A stretch of 57,803 bases of DNA, taken from contig CAZKZU010000004.1 of the NCBI GenBank assembly GCA_964557345.1, positions 1 to 57,803 on the forward strand, read 5' to 3'. The notes beneath the pieces were generated by a model, which was not told the origin of the DNA, searched no databases, and saw nothing but the letters and a program-made list of their open reading frames with translations. Both the position numbers and the translations under genes were made by a program. This document shows positions 26,571 to 37,900 of this stretch, one piece after another (within the stretch, counting starts at the first letter, position 1; the number at the start of each line of letters is the position of its first letter). The stretch is from an uncultured Methanosarcinales archaeon (GTDB lineage Archaea > Nanobdellota > Nanobdellia > Woesearchaeales > DATGWN01).

Positions 26571-26933
26571 TTTTCCTCTTGTTTTTTGTTCAATTATTTT
26601 GTTGTATAGTATCAGTATTTTGTTTAGCAGACTTTTTTAGTCTTTTTTAATTAACTCTTGAATTAAAGTCAGCATTAATAACTTTTATGCTTAATAGCGC
26701 TAGAAGAGGATGGAAAAAAACGATTTTTTTAAAGTTTAGAGCTAGAATAGGGTTAAATTGACCTTCAATGAAGATAACCACTTAGCTTTGCCATACAATA
26801 AGGGAAGACATAGGAATATATAAAAGTTGCGATTCTTTTAAGCAATAATTAAACGCAGAATTAGTTTAAAAATAGATAATTTAATTATTTTTTTAGATTA
26901 AAGATTCATGATTATTAAATATTTATCCAAAAT

Positions 26934-27448
26934 TTATCTTCTTAGTAACAAATCGCTATAAGATACTGAAAGTAAATCTGCAGGATTAATATTAAACATA
27001 TTCATATAATTATTGCATTGGTCAAGAAGTTTAGATTTTCCTATGATTCCATTTTTGTCTATCGCTTCTATTTCTACGAATGTGCCTAGTTCCTTTACTC
27101 GATCTAGATGAAATTTAACGTTGTCGATAAAATATATTTCTCTTTGCTTATCAACTATGACTAGAATGCCTAAAGCTTTTGTTAATAACGGTTTTAATGA
27201 GGAGTTTGGTTGAGATCGGTATAAAATAACATTTGATTGCTTTGGACCTTCTTTATCTTCCCTGTCATAATGAATTAAACTATTTCTATATTACCTTCTC
27301 GCAATTTAAGTCTACCAAAAGGAACGTTAAAGTAGGTATCTATTTGATGATCAAGACCTTTAAAATCAGCTTTATGCATTTGCAAAATAGCTCTTACTTC
27401 ATCTAAATTGTCACTTTTTGCTTTAATTTCAATATTTATATGTGCCAT
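26934..27448 (-). pseudogene. cyaB: CYTH / class IV adenylate cyclase (CyaB-like), single frameshift
   Basis: MAHINIEIKAK...QIDTYF...GRLKLREGNIE, then a 1-nt loss in the A-run at ~27283-27285. The other frame continues SLIHYDR...VDKQREIY...KFHLDRV..LGTFVEIEA...SYSDLLLRR*. Confidence 0.85.
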
Positions 27449-27477
27449 AATTATAAAAATATTTGAGGTTTAATAAT

Positions 27478-28626
27478 TTATCTTGTTTTTTCAAGTGCCT
27501 CTAATACAACTTTGTTGTCAACATACGTTGCATAAGTTCCATTAAAGTCATGCATTTTTCCTATTGCAACAGGAAGTACATATCTTGCTTGACCATTTTT
27601 TGCTTTTTTATCTCTTGAAGTTACTTCGATAATGTCTTCATTTATGAGTCCAAAAGGAATTGTCGTTGGTAAACCTGCTTTTTCAAGTAAAAACTCTTGC
27701 TTGTCTAATTCTTCTTTTGAAAGATAACCTAATGTATTTGAAATTCTACCTGCAACCATCATCCCAATTGAAATTGCTGCGCCATGAGATAAATATTTCT
27801 TACTTTGCTCTCTATCAAATTTGTCTACGCTTAGTTTTTCAATTGCATGACCTGCAGTATGACCGTAATTTAGTATTCGACGCAAACTTTTTTCATGAGG
27901 ATCTATTTCTACAACAGTTCCTTTAATTCTACAATTATTTTTTGCAATATTGAGCAAGAAGGCAGGAGATTTTGCATTCATCAGCTGAATATTCTCGAAC
28001 AAATAATTAAAAAATACAGAGTCTTGAATCATTCCATGTTTAATAGTTTCAGCAAGTCCTGAGGAATAATCTCTTTGAGTTAGAGTACTAAGTGTTAAAA
28101 TATCTAAATATACTTTTTCTGGTTGTTTAAATGCTCCAACTAAATTTTTTCCAAATTCAGTGTCTACCGCAGTTTTTCCACCAATAGATGAATCTGCTTG
28201 AGCAAGAACTGTTGTTGGAATTTGAATATATGGAACGCCTCTATTGTAAATTGCTGCAATAAATCCAGCCATATCACCGACAACTCCTCCACCAAGTGCA
28301 AGAATTGCAACATCTCTTCCAAATTTTTCTCTACTCATATCTCTCATTATTTTCATGCAATTAGTTATATTTTTATTAGGCTCTCCGGCTTCAAATGAAA
28401 ATGTAGATGCAATTAAGCCTTCATCTTTGAGTCTATTTTCAAGAGAAGTAGCATATAACTTTTGTACATTAGAATCAGTAATTATTGCGTATTTATCACC
28501 AAGAGGTTTTTGTTTTAAGTCAATTGCAATTTGAGGAAATAAATTTTCTCCGAAAACTAAATCATAAGATTCATCTACTTCTCTTTTTAGAGAAATTCTT
28601 AGAGAACTATCATTTATTGCCACCAT
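27478..28626 (-). CDS. aroB: 3-dehydroquinate synthase
   Basis: GEPNK, ALGGGVVGDMAGF, YNRGVPYIQIPTT, DSSIGGKT, KNLVGAFKQP, LNYGHT.GHA, HG.A; likely start ATG 28626. Confidence 0.93.
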   Translation of the reverse strand: MVAINDSSLRISLKREVDESYDLVFGENLFPQIAIDLKQKPLGDKYAIITDSNVQKLYATSLENRLKDEGLIASTFSFEAGEPNKNITNCMKIMRDMSREKFGRDVAILALGGGVVGDMAGFIAAIYNRGVPYIQIPTTVLAQADSSIGGKTAVDTEFGKNLVGAFKQPEKVYLDILTLSTLTQRDYSSGLAETIKHGMIQDSVFFNYLFENIQLMNAKSPAFLLNIAKNNCRIKGTVVEIDPHEKSLRRILNYGHTAGHAIEKLSVDKFDREQSKKYLSHGAAISIGMMVAGRISNTLGYLSKEELDKQEFLLEKAGLPTTIPFGLINEDIIEVTSRDKKAKNGQARYVLPVAIGKMHDFNGTYATYVDNKVVLEALEKTR

Positions 28627-28729
28627 TATACAAAAAGAAAGTTTAATGGTTTTAAATAAGTTTAGGTTATAAGAATGAAAAAGCAAAAACAGAAAAATAA
28701 GCGATATATAGAAAAAATTGGAATAAAAA

Positions 28730-29698
28730 TTATTCAAACTTAATATTATATTTGTCTTCGGATTTTATTGAATTACCTAAGCCTTGACCTATACTCATGC
28801 CAAAATTGTTTATGCTTGTCTCTGCTGAGCCTGAAAGTAATTCAAGGAAACTAGATGGTTTTTGATATGTTTTGAAAGTTACTGTTGTATTTAATGTTTC
28901 TTCTAAATATGCCTTCGCATCATCTAAATTTCCGACTTCATCAATTAAACCAAGATCTTTTGCATCTTCTCCTAAGTAAACCCAGCCTGTTGCTATTTCA
29001 GTTACTTTTTCTACAGAAAGATTTCTGTTTGTTGCAACATCTTCAATAAAGTAAGAATGTAATTTGTCTAACATACCTTGATATAAATTTTGTTCTTCTG
29101 TTGTCATCGTTGTTAATGGGCTGCCAATATCTTTAAATTTTCCAGCAACTAGTCTTCGATAAGTCATATTATATTTGTTTAGTAATCCTTCAACTTCAAC
29201 ATAACTTCCAATTACTCCAATACTTCCAGTAATACTCATTCGATTAGCGTAAATTTTATCACAGGAAGATGCTACCCAATATGCGCCAGATGCACCAACT
29301 TCTCGAATAACAGCAATTGTTGGCTTAGTAGATTTTTTTATTTCTCTAACTATTTCATCAGTTGCAACTGGACTTCCACCAGGACTATTTATTTCAATAA
29401 CTATTGCTTTAATAGAATCATCTTTTTCAGCTTCTCCAATCCACTTAACTAACTGAGAAGATGTTGAAACGTCATTACTCATAAATCCACCGCTTGTTGC
29501 AGTTGTGATTTCTCCATTTAATGGAATTAGAGCTACATTACCTGTTGAATCAGTTTCTGAACTTCCTGAAAAAATAAGAGATATAATTATGAATATAAAA
29601 AGACAAAATGCTCCAAAAATAGATGCTAATACAATTAAGAAAATTTTCCATCCAGAAAGAGGTTTTTTCTCGGTAATCTGTGAAATAGTTTTTGCCAT
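28730..29698 (-). CDS. sppA: Signal peptide peptidase SppA (S49)
   Basis: N-terminal TM; INSPGGS, GASGAYW, ITGSIGV, AGKFKD, GLIDEVG. Confidence 0.93.
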   Translation of the reverse strand: MAKTISQITEKKPLSGWKIFLIVLASIFGAFCLFIFIIISLIFSGSSETDSTGNVALIPLNGEITTATSGGFMSNDVSTSSQLVKWIGEAEKDDSIKAIVIEINSPGGSPVATDEIVREIKKSTKPTIAVIREVGASGAYWVASSCDKIYANRMSITGSIGVIGSYVEVEGLLNKYNMTYRRLVAGKFKDIGSPLTTMTTEEQNLYQGMLDKLHSYFIEDVATNRNLSVEKVTEIATGWVYLGEDAKDLGLIDEVGNLDDAKAYLEETLNTTVTFKTYQKPSSFLELLSGSAETSINNFGMSIGQGLGNSIKSEDKYNIKFE

Positions 29699-29881
29699 AA
29701 TTAGTGTATGCCAACGGCATTAATAAAGATTGCTATATTAACTAAAGCACATAATTAGAAAAGTATCATTAAGTCTTAGAACCTAAACAATAATGAAAAG
29801 GGCATTAAAATCTAAGCTATAAATAATCAATTAAAAATATTCTTTTTTAAGTAGCAATTATAATAACCTTTAAATAGCTGT

Positions 29882-30310
29882 TTGTTATCCCCCATTGCAA
29901 TAAATACCCAAATGATAGACCTAATACCATATATGACTGAACAGAGCACAAAAGATGCATATGCAGAAGATGTCTCTCGAAGAATAGAAGGAAAATCTAA
30001 ATTAACAGTTTTACCTGATCCTTTGTCATACGAACTTATAATTTTGAAAAGAACTGGTATGCCTGAATTTAAAGAAGACATTTTAGAAATGTATGTCTTA
30101 GGGTTTCCTGCAGAAAGAGGAAACGAAGAAGCAAGAGGAATTGGAATTAAGATGATTTCTACTGATAATCCTTTATATCAAGAACTTTTGAAAAATCATA
30201 ATTATAGAAGCGTTAAAGATATTTCTCCGACATTAATTAAAAAGTTAGAAACAACAGATCAAGTAGTTGAGGAACTTGGAAATTTAGAAACTTTAGTTTT
30301 TGCTGCTTAA
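29882..30310 (+). CDS. Hypothetical protein (start may be ATG 29912 or 29933)
   Basis: Intact ORF with an upstream TTTAAATA box. Confidence 0.55.
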   Translation: MLSPIAINTQMIDLIPYMTEQSTKDAYAEDVSRRIEGKSKLTVLPDPLSYELIILKRTGMPEFKEDILEMYVLGFPAERGNEEARGIGIKMISTDNPLYQELLKNHNYRSVKDISPTLIKKLETTDQVVEELGNLETLVFAA

Positions 30311-30403
30311 GTTATAGTACTACAAAAAAAGAGTCTAAACAAAAAAACTAGTATGAATAATATTTAAAACGAATAAATCTGTATTAGAAATTATAATTAA
30401 AAA

Positions 30404-30955
30404 TTAAAATTTGCCATAAAATGGACAGTCTAGTGCAACAATAAGATCATTTGCTTGTTTTTGTTTTTTGTAAAATGATGCGAGTTTAAAAGCTAATTCT
30501 CCTGCATCTCTATTTCCTGGAAGATTACCTTTTACAATAAATAAATCTATTGGAGAGGAATCTAAAAGTTTACCTAACTCAATTACTTCTCTATCTTCTG
30601 CCATATAAGGAAAAACTGAATCAGCAAAAGCAATACAATTTTTTCTATATTCTTCTACTTTTGTAATAAAATCATCTGGAACTTTACAGTCTTTAGATAA
30701 AGTTGGTAAAAGTAATTGTCCAAAAGGTTCCATTTCATTTTGTAATATATCAGTATTAACTTGATAAGGATTTGAAAAGACATTAAATCCGAATGCAAGT
30801 GTATCATTTTGAAGACAATTTGTTAAAAGAATTCCTTTTAATGTTTTAGAAAAATCTCTTCTTACATCTAGTTCTCTTTTTAATTCTAGAGCTACGCTTT
30901 TACTATTAGGATCAATAAGTCCAACTGCAATGTATAATGTTGATGTGTCTGTCAT
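30404..30955 (-). CDS. Hypothetical protein, tandem paralog 2
   Basis: TLYIAVGLIDPNSKS...R..FSK.L.G.L.T.CLQND...VPD.FI..VE.Y...LD.SPID; start ATG 30955. Confidence 0.7.
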   Translation of the reverse strand: MTDTSTLYIAVGLIDPNSKSVALELKRELDVRRDFSKTLKGILLTNCLQNDTLAFGFNVFSNPYQVNTDILQNEMEPFGQLLLPTLSKDCKVPDDFITKVEEYRKNCIAFADSVFPYMAEDREVIELGKLLDSSPIDLFIVKGNLPGNRDAGELAFKLASFYKKQKQANDLIVALDCPFYGKF

Positions 30956-30986
30956 TTTGAATTTATTATTTGTTTTCAAATTAATA

Positions 30987-31532
30987 TTAATGAAGTAGCA
31001 TTTGTTTTGCAACTAGCAAATTATTTTGCTTTTTGTCTTGAGCATAAATATTTACTAATTTACTTGCTAATTTATCCACAAAACAAGCAGTTCTACGATC
31101 TCCTTGAACTACATAAATATCTATTGGAGATTGGTCTAAGTGCATAGCCAGGTCTTTAACTTCTCGATTCATTGCAACTGGAGGAGATATTAAATCAACA
31201 TAATTTCGTGAGGAGCTAATATAGTTTTCTACTTCTTCAATAAATTGATCAGGAACTTTTCCATTGCTAACTAAAACATTTTGAAGCGCTATTTCTAAAG
31301 TTCTTGCTTTGTCCTTAACAAAGTCAGTATTAACTTTCAAAGGATTTGCTATCTCATCTATTGAGCTATATTTCAAAGCATCATTTTGAAGACAAGTTGT
31401 AAAAAGAACTCCATATAAGTCTTTAGAAAATTGTTTTCTGGTGTCAAGTTCAGCAATTAATTCATCTGATAAACTCTTACTGCTTGGGTCAATTAAGCCA
31501 ACTGCAAAGTATAATGTTAATTCATCTGCCAT
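30987..31532 (-). CDS. Hypothetical protein, tandem paralog 1
   Basis: Collinear similarity with 30404..30955. Confidence 0.7.
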   Translation of the reverse strand: MADELTLYFAVGLIDPSSKSLSDELIAELDTRKQFSKDLYGVLFTTCLQNDALKYSSIDEIANPLKVNTDFVKDKARTLEIALQNVLVSNGKVPDQFIEEVENYISSSRNYVDLISPPVAMNREVKDLAMHLDQSPIDIYVVQGDRRTACFVDKLASKLVNIYAQDKKQNNLLVAKQMLLH

Positions 31533-31671
31533 AAAAGAGGTAAAACTTTTGCCTTTTTAAAACTTTCCAGGAGTAAAAATAATGCACTTTTAAAATTATT
31601 AATTAAGACTCCTAATTTGTGAGAACGAATTAGTTAACTTAATAAATCGATGGCCTCGCACGACTTTTGGA

Positions 31672-32343
31672 ATGAAAACAATAATTGGAATTGTCGGTAC
31701 AATTGCGTCGGGAAAGGATACTTTAGGCGACTATATTGCTAAAAAACTTAAAATTAAACATTTTCATGCTAGTAAAGAAATTTTTGAAACTGCTAGAGCT
31801 GAAAAAATACCTATTACTCGAGAAAACCTTAACAATCTTGCATACAAAATGTCTAAAGAATATGGCGAAGATTACTTAGTTAGAAGCATTTTAAATAAAG
31901 TTGAAGGAAAAATAGCAGTTATTTCAGGAATCAGATTAATTTCACAAATTGCATATCTTCAAAAAAAATCAAATTTGATTCTTATTTCTATTGATGCTAA
32001 ACCGCAAATAAGATTTTATCGTGCTATGAAAAAAAGCAAGATGAATGATTCTGATGATCTTATGGCAGATTCAGATAGTGAAAGAATTGTTTGCTTAAGG
32101 CTAAATCTTCGACATTTATTTGAGTGTATGTCTTTAGCTAAATATAAATTAAGAAGCGATGATGGAACTGAAAAGCTGTTCTTAGACGCAGATTTGGTAC
32201 TTTTACAAGAGAACTTGCTTAAAACTCAAAGTAGAAAAAAGAAATCCCAAAAAGACGAAATGATTGTTGTTGAATCAGATAATACAAATAATAATACTAA
32301 TAATAATAGTTCTAATAAATTAAAAATGTATTTTACGGCTTAG
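31672..32343 (+). CDS. Nucleotide kinase-like P-loop protein (archaeal dephospho-CoA/NMP kinase family)
   Basis: IIGIVGTIASGKDT, RENL, VISGIR, IDA...RF.R. Confidence 0.75.
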   Translation: MKTIIGIVGTIASGKDTLGDYIAKKLKIKHFHASKEIFETARAEKIPITRENLNNLAYKMSKEYGEDYLVRSILNKVEGKIAVISGIRLISQIAYLQKKSNLILISIDAKPQIRFYRAMKKSKMNDSDDLMADSDSERIVCLRLNLRHLFECMSLAKYKLRSDDGTEKLFLDADLVLLQENLLKTQSRKKKSQKDEMIVVESDNTNNNTNNNSSNKLKMYFTA

Positions 32344-32411
32344 AATGTATAATCTAATAATTCTTTAAGTAGGTCTCATACTTATTACTTCAATTATAGC
32401 TTCTTTTAATC

Positions 32412-32543
32412 GGTATACTGCCAATTCGCCAGTATTCTTTTTGCCGGCATTCGCCTGTTTATTGTCGCAACGCTCGTCACTATGCGTTCCTCGCTGCTTC
32501 ATCGAGACATACGCAATATTGGCTCATGAACAGGCAGTATACC
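32412..32543 (-). mobile_element. TATAC...GTATA MITE-like structured repeat, copy A
   Basis: IR GGTATACTGCC/GGCAGTATACC. The reverse complement aligns with 43386-43520 and 54372-54507. Confidence 0.85.
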
Positions 32544-32640
32544 TTACAGAATTTGGAGAGCATACTAATTGGATGATTATATTTTTTATTCCAACAAAAA
32601 CAGAAACATATAAAAAGCGAAGACCACAAGAAGTATAATT

Positions 32641-34032
32641 ATGGACGTACAATTATTTGGAGCAGCTAAAACGGTTACAGGTTCTTGCTATGGCGTTCAC
32701 ATTAATGCATCTAAAATTATAATTGATTGTGGTATGTTTCAAGGAAGTAAGGAACTTTCAAAAAAGAATTTTGAACCTTTTGGATTTAATGCTAAAGAGT
32801 ATACATCTATGCTTCTAACTCATTCTCATCTTGATCATTGTGGAAGAATTCCTAAATTAGTAAATGAAGGGTTTAAAGGAAAAATTTATTGCACTGCGCC
32901 AACTAAGGAGTTAACTCAAATTATTTTACTAGATTCTGCGCACATTCAAAAGATGGATACTGAGCAAGAAAATACTAGAAGAGAGAGAATGGCACTTCCT
33001 CCAAGAAATCCTCTTTACACGGAAAAAGATGTTATTGAAGCAATGAAGCACTTTGTTGTTATAAAATACAATCAAGAATTTCAAGCAGCACCAGGAATGA
33101 TGGTTCGATTTTTTAATGCTGGCCATATTTTAGGAGCAGCATCAATTAGAGTTGAATTAAAAGAAAAGGGAAAAATAAAGACAGCTATTTTCTCGGGAGA
33201 CGTCGGACAGTACGGGGCACCAATTATTCCTGATCCAGATCATTTTGAAGGAGCAGAATATTTATTTTGCGAATCAACTTATGGAAACAGAGTTCATGCG
33301 CCACTTGAAGAGCGAAAAGATAAACTTGCGCAAGTAATAAATGATAATTTTGAAAAACACGGTAAATTATTGATACCATCTTTTGCAATTGAAAGAACTC
33401 AAGAACTTTTATACGATATTGATGAGTTAATTACAAAGAAAAGAATTCCAAAAATGCCGATTTATATTGATTCGCCTATGGCAGAAAAAGCAACAAAAGT
33501 TTTTGTTAAATATAGTTCTTTTTATAATGACAGAACTTCTAAAAGACTTAAAGCAGGAGATAATCCCTTTGACTTTGAAGGACTTAAATTTACAAATTCA
33601 GTTCAAGATTCAATGAAGCTTAATGATGCAGAAGGACCTATGATAATTATTGCAGGATCAGGCATGTGTAATGCAGGACGAATCAAACATCATATTAAAC
33701 ATAACATTTGGAATCCTAAAAATACAATTTTATTTGTTGGATATCAATCAGTAGGCACACTTGGGTATTATATCAAAAATGGCGCTAAAGTTGCAAGGTT
33801 ACTTGGAACTGAAGTAGCAGTTAAAGCAAAAGTTGAGTCAATTGACAGTTATTCAGGTCATGCTGATTATCGAAATCTCCTTAGATGGATTAAAAGTTTA
33901 ACACATTATCCAATGAAAGCAATTGTGTGTCATGGTGAAGAAGAAGCATCAAATTCATTTGCTGAAAAATTAGAAGAAATTGGAATTGAAGCATATGTTC
34001 CTTCGCTAAAAGAAAAAATAGGATTGAAATAA
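32641..34032 (+). CDS. Metallo-beta-lactamase/beta-CASP ribonuclease
   Basis: GAAKTVTGS, DCGMFQG, LTHSHLDHCG, AGHILG, FSGD, ESTYG, GSGMCNAGRI, SGHAD, HGE. Confidence 0.93.
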   Translation: MDVQLFGAAKTVTGSCYGVHINASKIIIDCGMFQGSKELSKKNFEPFGFNAKEYTSMLLTHSHLDHCGRIPKLVNEGFKGKIYCTAPTKELTQIILLDSAHIQKMDTEQENTRRERMALPPRNPLYTEKDVIEAMKHFVVIKYNQEFQAAPGMMVRFFNAGHILGAASIRVELKEKGKIKTAIFSGDVGQYGAPIIPDPDHFEGAEYLFCESTYGNRVHAPLEERKDKLAQVINDNFEKHGKLLIPSFAIERTQELLYDIDELITKKRIPKMPIYIDSPMAEKATKVFVKYSSFYNDRTSKRLKAGDNPFDFEGLKFTNSVQDSMKLNDAEGPMIIIAGSGMCNAGRIKHHIKHNIWNPKNTILFVGYQSVGTLGYYIKNGAKVARLLGTEVAVKAKVESIDSYSGHADYRNLLRWIKSLTHYPMKAIVCHGEEEASNSFAEKLEEIGIEAYVPSLKEKIGLK

Positions 34033-34033
34033 A

Positions 34034-34864
34034 TTAATTTATCTGTTTTTTATTTTTAAGATCAAGATTATTTTCAGAAGCGATTACTTTTTTTCCGATT
34101 CTTTTTTCTAACTCTTTTCTTGCATTTCCAGCAATAGTTCCACCTTTTTTTGCAACTTCTTTACTTTCTTCAAAATGAGCAGGATTTTCTACCTTCGAGA
34201 TTTCTTTTGTTGCTACTTCTGCTAGCATGTTTAAAACTAATTCTGTATTATTCATATTATCTCTAAGACTTTCTTTTTTTAGTTGTTTTAATTTTTTATA
34301 GTCTTTTACGTTTAATCCAGACCATGCATTTGTTATTTCATTCGTAAGAATTGCGAATTCAGAAGGTTCATTTATACCAACTCTTTCCCACTCATTGGTT
34401 AACTCTTTTCTAACTTCAATTGTTTTTAATCTTTTATTAATCCATTCTTTAGAAAAGCCTTTTTGTAAATAAGAGCGCATTGCACGATCTATCGCAAGCT
34501 CAGGATCATGAGTTTCATCAATTCGATCATTTCCTACTTTAGCAAGCCACAATTTGAAAGGTTCTGCATTTTTAGAAGGAACAGATTGAATTAGACGTAA
34601 TAATAATTCAGTACTTGCACAATCAGTTTCGTAATTCTTACCATCTGAAGACATTAACTTCAGTTGTACGATTTTATCGTACAACTCAAATCCCTCATTT
34701 CGAAGTTTAATCTTTAAATCAGACCAATATCTTCGTGGTTCAGAACTTTCAGTCAAAACTTCAACAACATCAACTATTGAAAAATACCATTTTTCTTTAT
34801 CTTCATCCCATAAAGTTCTAACTTTTTTATCTTGAAATAATCTGACTGCATTTTTGTCTACCAT
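34034..34864 (-). CDS. Bro-N domain protein (phage antirepressor-like)
   Basis: VRTLWD..KEKWYFSIVDVV..LT....R.YW.DLK, RLIQSVPS..AEPFKLWLA, SLRDNM. Confidence 0.85.
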   Translation of the reverse strand: MVDKNAVRLFQDKKVRTLWDEDKEKWYFSIVDVVEVLTESSEPRRYWSDLKIKLRNEGFELYDKIVQLKLMSSDGKNYETDCASTELLLRLIQSVPSKNAEPFKLWLAKVGNDRIDETHDPELAIDRAMRSYLQKGFSKEWINKRLKTIEVRKELTNEWERVGINEPSEFAILTNEITNAWSGLNVKDYKKLKQLKKESLRDNMNNTELVLNMLAEVATKEISKVENPAHFEESKEVAKKGGTIAGNARKELEKRIGKKVIASENNLDLKNKKQIN

Positions 34865-34994
34865 AACATATTATAGTATTTCAATTATTTATAAATCTCA
34901 CGCGCGCATATGTCCAGTGGAAGTTAGAATAAAAAGACGATAATAATTAAAATAAAATCAATAAAAAATTCTAAAAAAATAGTAACCTATATCT

Positions 34995-37900
34995 CTAAGT
35001 ATCATATTGAGAATATGGAATTGCACCAACTGAAGCGAAAGTTGCACCGCCATTTGTACTTTTAATAATTTTTCCATAATAGCTAATCATATAGAATACT
35101 CCATCTTGATTTGGATTTACAATTTGAGAATAACCAACCCAATCGCCTGAATTTAAAGAAGGTATAGAGCAACTTTGAGCAGTTGTTCCACCATTTGTAC
35201 TATAAAGAGTACCTCTTGATATTAACATTTTACTTAAGTTTAGAGGATGAGCAGTAATTAAATCCCAACCACCACAGCCACTATTTGCACCCGATACTCC
35301 AGACCAAGAAAAGCTAGATATTGGCGAATATTTTAATTGCGTACAAGCTCCACCAATTAATAATCTACCTGTTGCACCATTTGCAGCTCTTTCAATACCA
35401 CTTGCATAACAGGCTGTTGCACCAGTAATTTGGGTGAAACTAGTTCCACCATTATTAGTTATATATGCACCAGGAGTTCCTGGACATGAACTTGGCATGC
35501 TCATATAATAAAACGTTGTTGTATTATTTGGTTCGAATGTAATTGGATCGGAATAAGAAGGCCCAACTGAACCAGCAGAAGCAATTGCAGGATTTAAATT
35601 TTGCCAAGTATCTCCAGAATCAATTGATCGATACATTAATCCACCTACTTGACCATAACCAGTCTGACGAGCAGTATATGCTATCAAATGATTTGAATGA
35701 TAAGGAGATTGTAAAACTTTAACAATACCGTCAGCATAATTTAAACTTGATAATTGAGTTTCATAATTAAATGTTGCACCTGAATCTTTACTTACATAAG
35801 TGCCTACCCCTGGAATAGAAAGCCAAATTCGTTGCCCATCAAAACTTGTAGCAATAACTGTCCATCTCGTACTTGAATTAATTAAACCTGAAACATCAAC
35901 AAGAGTCCAACTATTACCTTCATCCGTCGAATAAACATAACCACGATAATAGCCTGCATATAGTTTTCCATTATGATCCATTACAGCGGAATGTCCTGGG
36001 TCATACTGTTCATAAAGATAATAAATTCCACTTGGCAAAGTTTCACCTGCTAAATAAGTTCTATTCCAAGTACTCATAGAATAACTAAGTGTAGAAGAAT
36101 TAGTATATCCGCAATTTCCTGAGACATTTCCTAAATCAACCCAATTTCCATTTGTACAACTAAGAAGTCTTGTACTATTACATTGAGTTTGGCCTGCTGC
36201 ACAAATTGGTGCCTGTGCACCTGATAAAGATAAACTGTAACCATTAGTTGAATTATATAACTGAAGAATTTCTCCATCTACAAGAGCTCTATTCCAAATT
36301 GCAACCTCGTCAACTTTACCATTGAAAAACTCATTTGCCCCAGGAGGATCACAACCAATACAAATATCAGCATTAGTTTGACTAAATGAAGTTGAAAAGG
36401 AAGTAGTTCTATCTAAATTCCCATTAATATAATGCTTCACATTTGAACCATCATAAGTTATTGTAACTAAAGACCATTGACCTTGAGAAATAATAGAATT
36501 ACTATCCAAATAATTTGTCCAAGGATCTTGCATATTATAAGATAATCTTAAATTAGAATTACCACTTCCTAACTGCATAGAATAAGGTCCAAAAGAACCA
36601 TCACCTTTTCCTACAATGCCCCCCCAAGAAACATAATTTGAAATATAAACCCAAGCCGACAAAGTAATTTGATTTGTTAGATCTAATACACTAGAATCTG
36701 GAACATTAATATAATCATTACTTCCATCAAAACTATATGCTCCGCCTAATTTTCCAGATTGAGTATAAGTAGCACCACTATTAGTTCCATCATTCCCATT
36801 GCCACTTAAATCAGAAGTATTTCCATCTAACGGATAATATGCAACTAATCCATTTCTTAGTTCACTTAAACTTTCAGGAATGTAAAAACCACAATGTCCA
36901 GATACATCCCCGTTATTAACCCAAACACCATTAGTACAAGTTAAATAATTGGTATTACTACAATTAATTTCATCTGCTTGACAATCCGGTGCTTGTGGTC
37001 CAGATAAAGATAAACTTAAACCTGAATCGTTATTATATAACTGAGTAACTTCAGAATCAGTCAAAGCTCTATTCCAGATACTAACTTCATCCATACTACC
37101 TAAAAGATTGTATACATCATAATCATCCCAACCTAATTTCCAAGTACTATCCTCTAATATAGTTCTATCGTATCCATAGGTTTTTTCAAGAGCGCCATTA
37201 ACATATATTTTCCAAGTAGTTCCAGACATACTAAATGTTACCATAGTCCAATCGTCAACAGGAACAATACTTGTACTAAAATCCATATTTCCATAAAAAC
37301 TACCATCATAAACGAAAAAATCAAGTTTTTGAGAATCTGCTCCTTGAAGTTCACCACCTATTATTAACATTGTAGCATCATAATATCCTCCTCTTGAACG
37401 TATTAGAGGAGTTGTCCAACTTCCTGAAACTCGATTAGATTTTACCCACATGTTAAAAGTAACTTGACTTGTTCCGCCTAAACCTAATGTTGGTATTTCA
37501 ACTGTAGACGAATCTCCATTGAAACTATATGCACCACCAACTTTTCCAGACTGATTATAACTAGCACCAATATTAGTTCCAGTATTTCCATTTCCACTTA
37601 AATCTGAAGTGTTTCCATCTAGCGGATAATATGCAACTAATCCATTTCTTAGATCTAAAACAGTTGAACTTGGAACATAAGGTTGTCCGCCACTTTGATT
37701 TTCATTTCCAGAACTTGTTGAATTATAACTTTGAACATTACCAGCAGTTCTTGTTGCACCTAAATTATCAGTATAAGAAATCCCCACAACTGGAGTTTGT
37801 TTATTTGTTATAGCATAATTCGAAGAATTTACTGCAGAACAATTAATTAATTTACTTTCTCCAATATTCAATACGACCGGCAAAGAAGGATTTGTATTAG

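Noticed and set aside
26580-26815. Possible gene remnant upstream of hisS (MAKLSGYLH*)
   Set aside because: It is too short and has no recognisable homology.
32441-32638. 65 aa ORF
   Set aside because: It starts inside repeat copy A with a TTG start and has no protein-like features.
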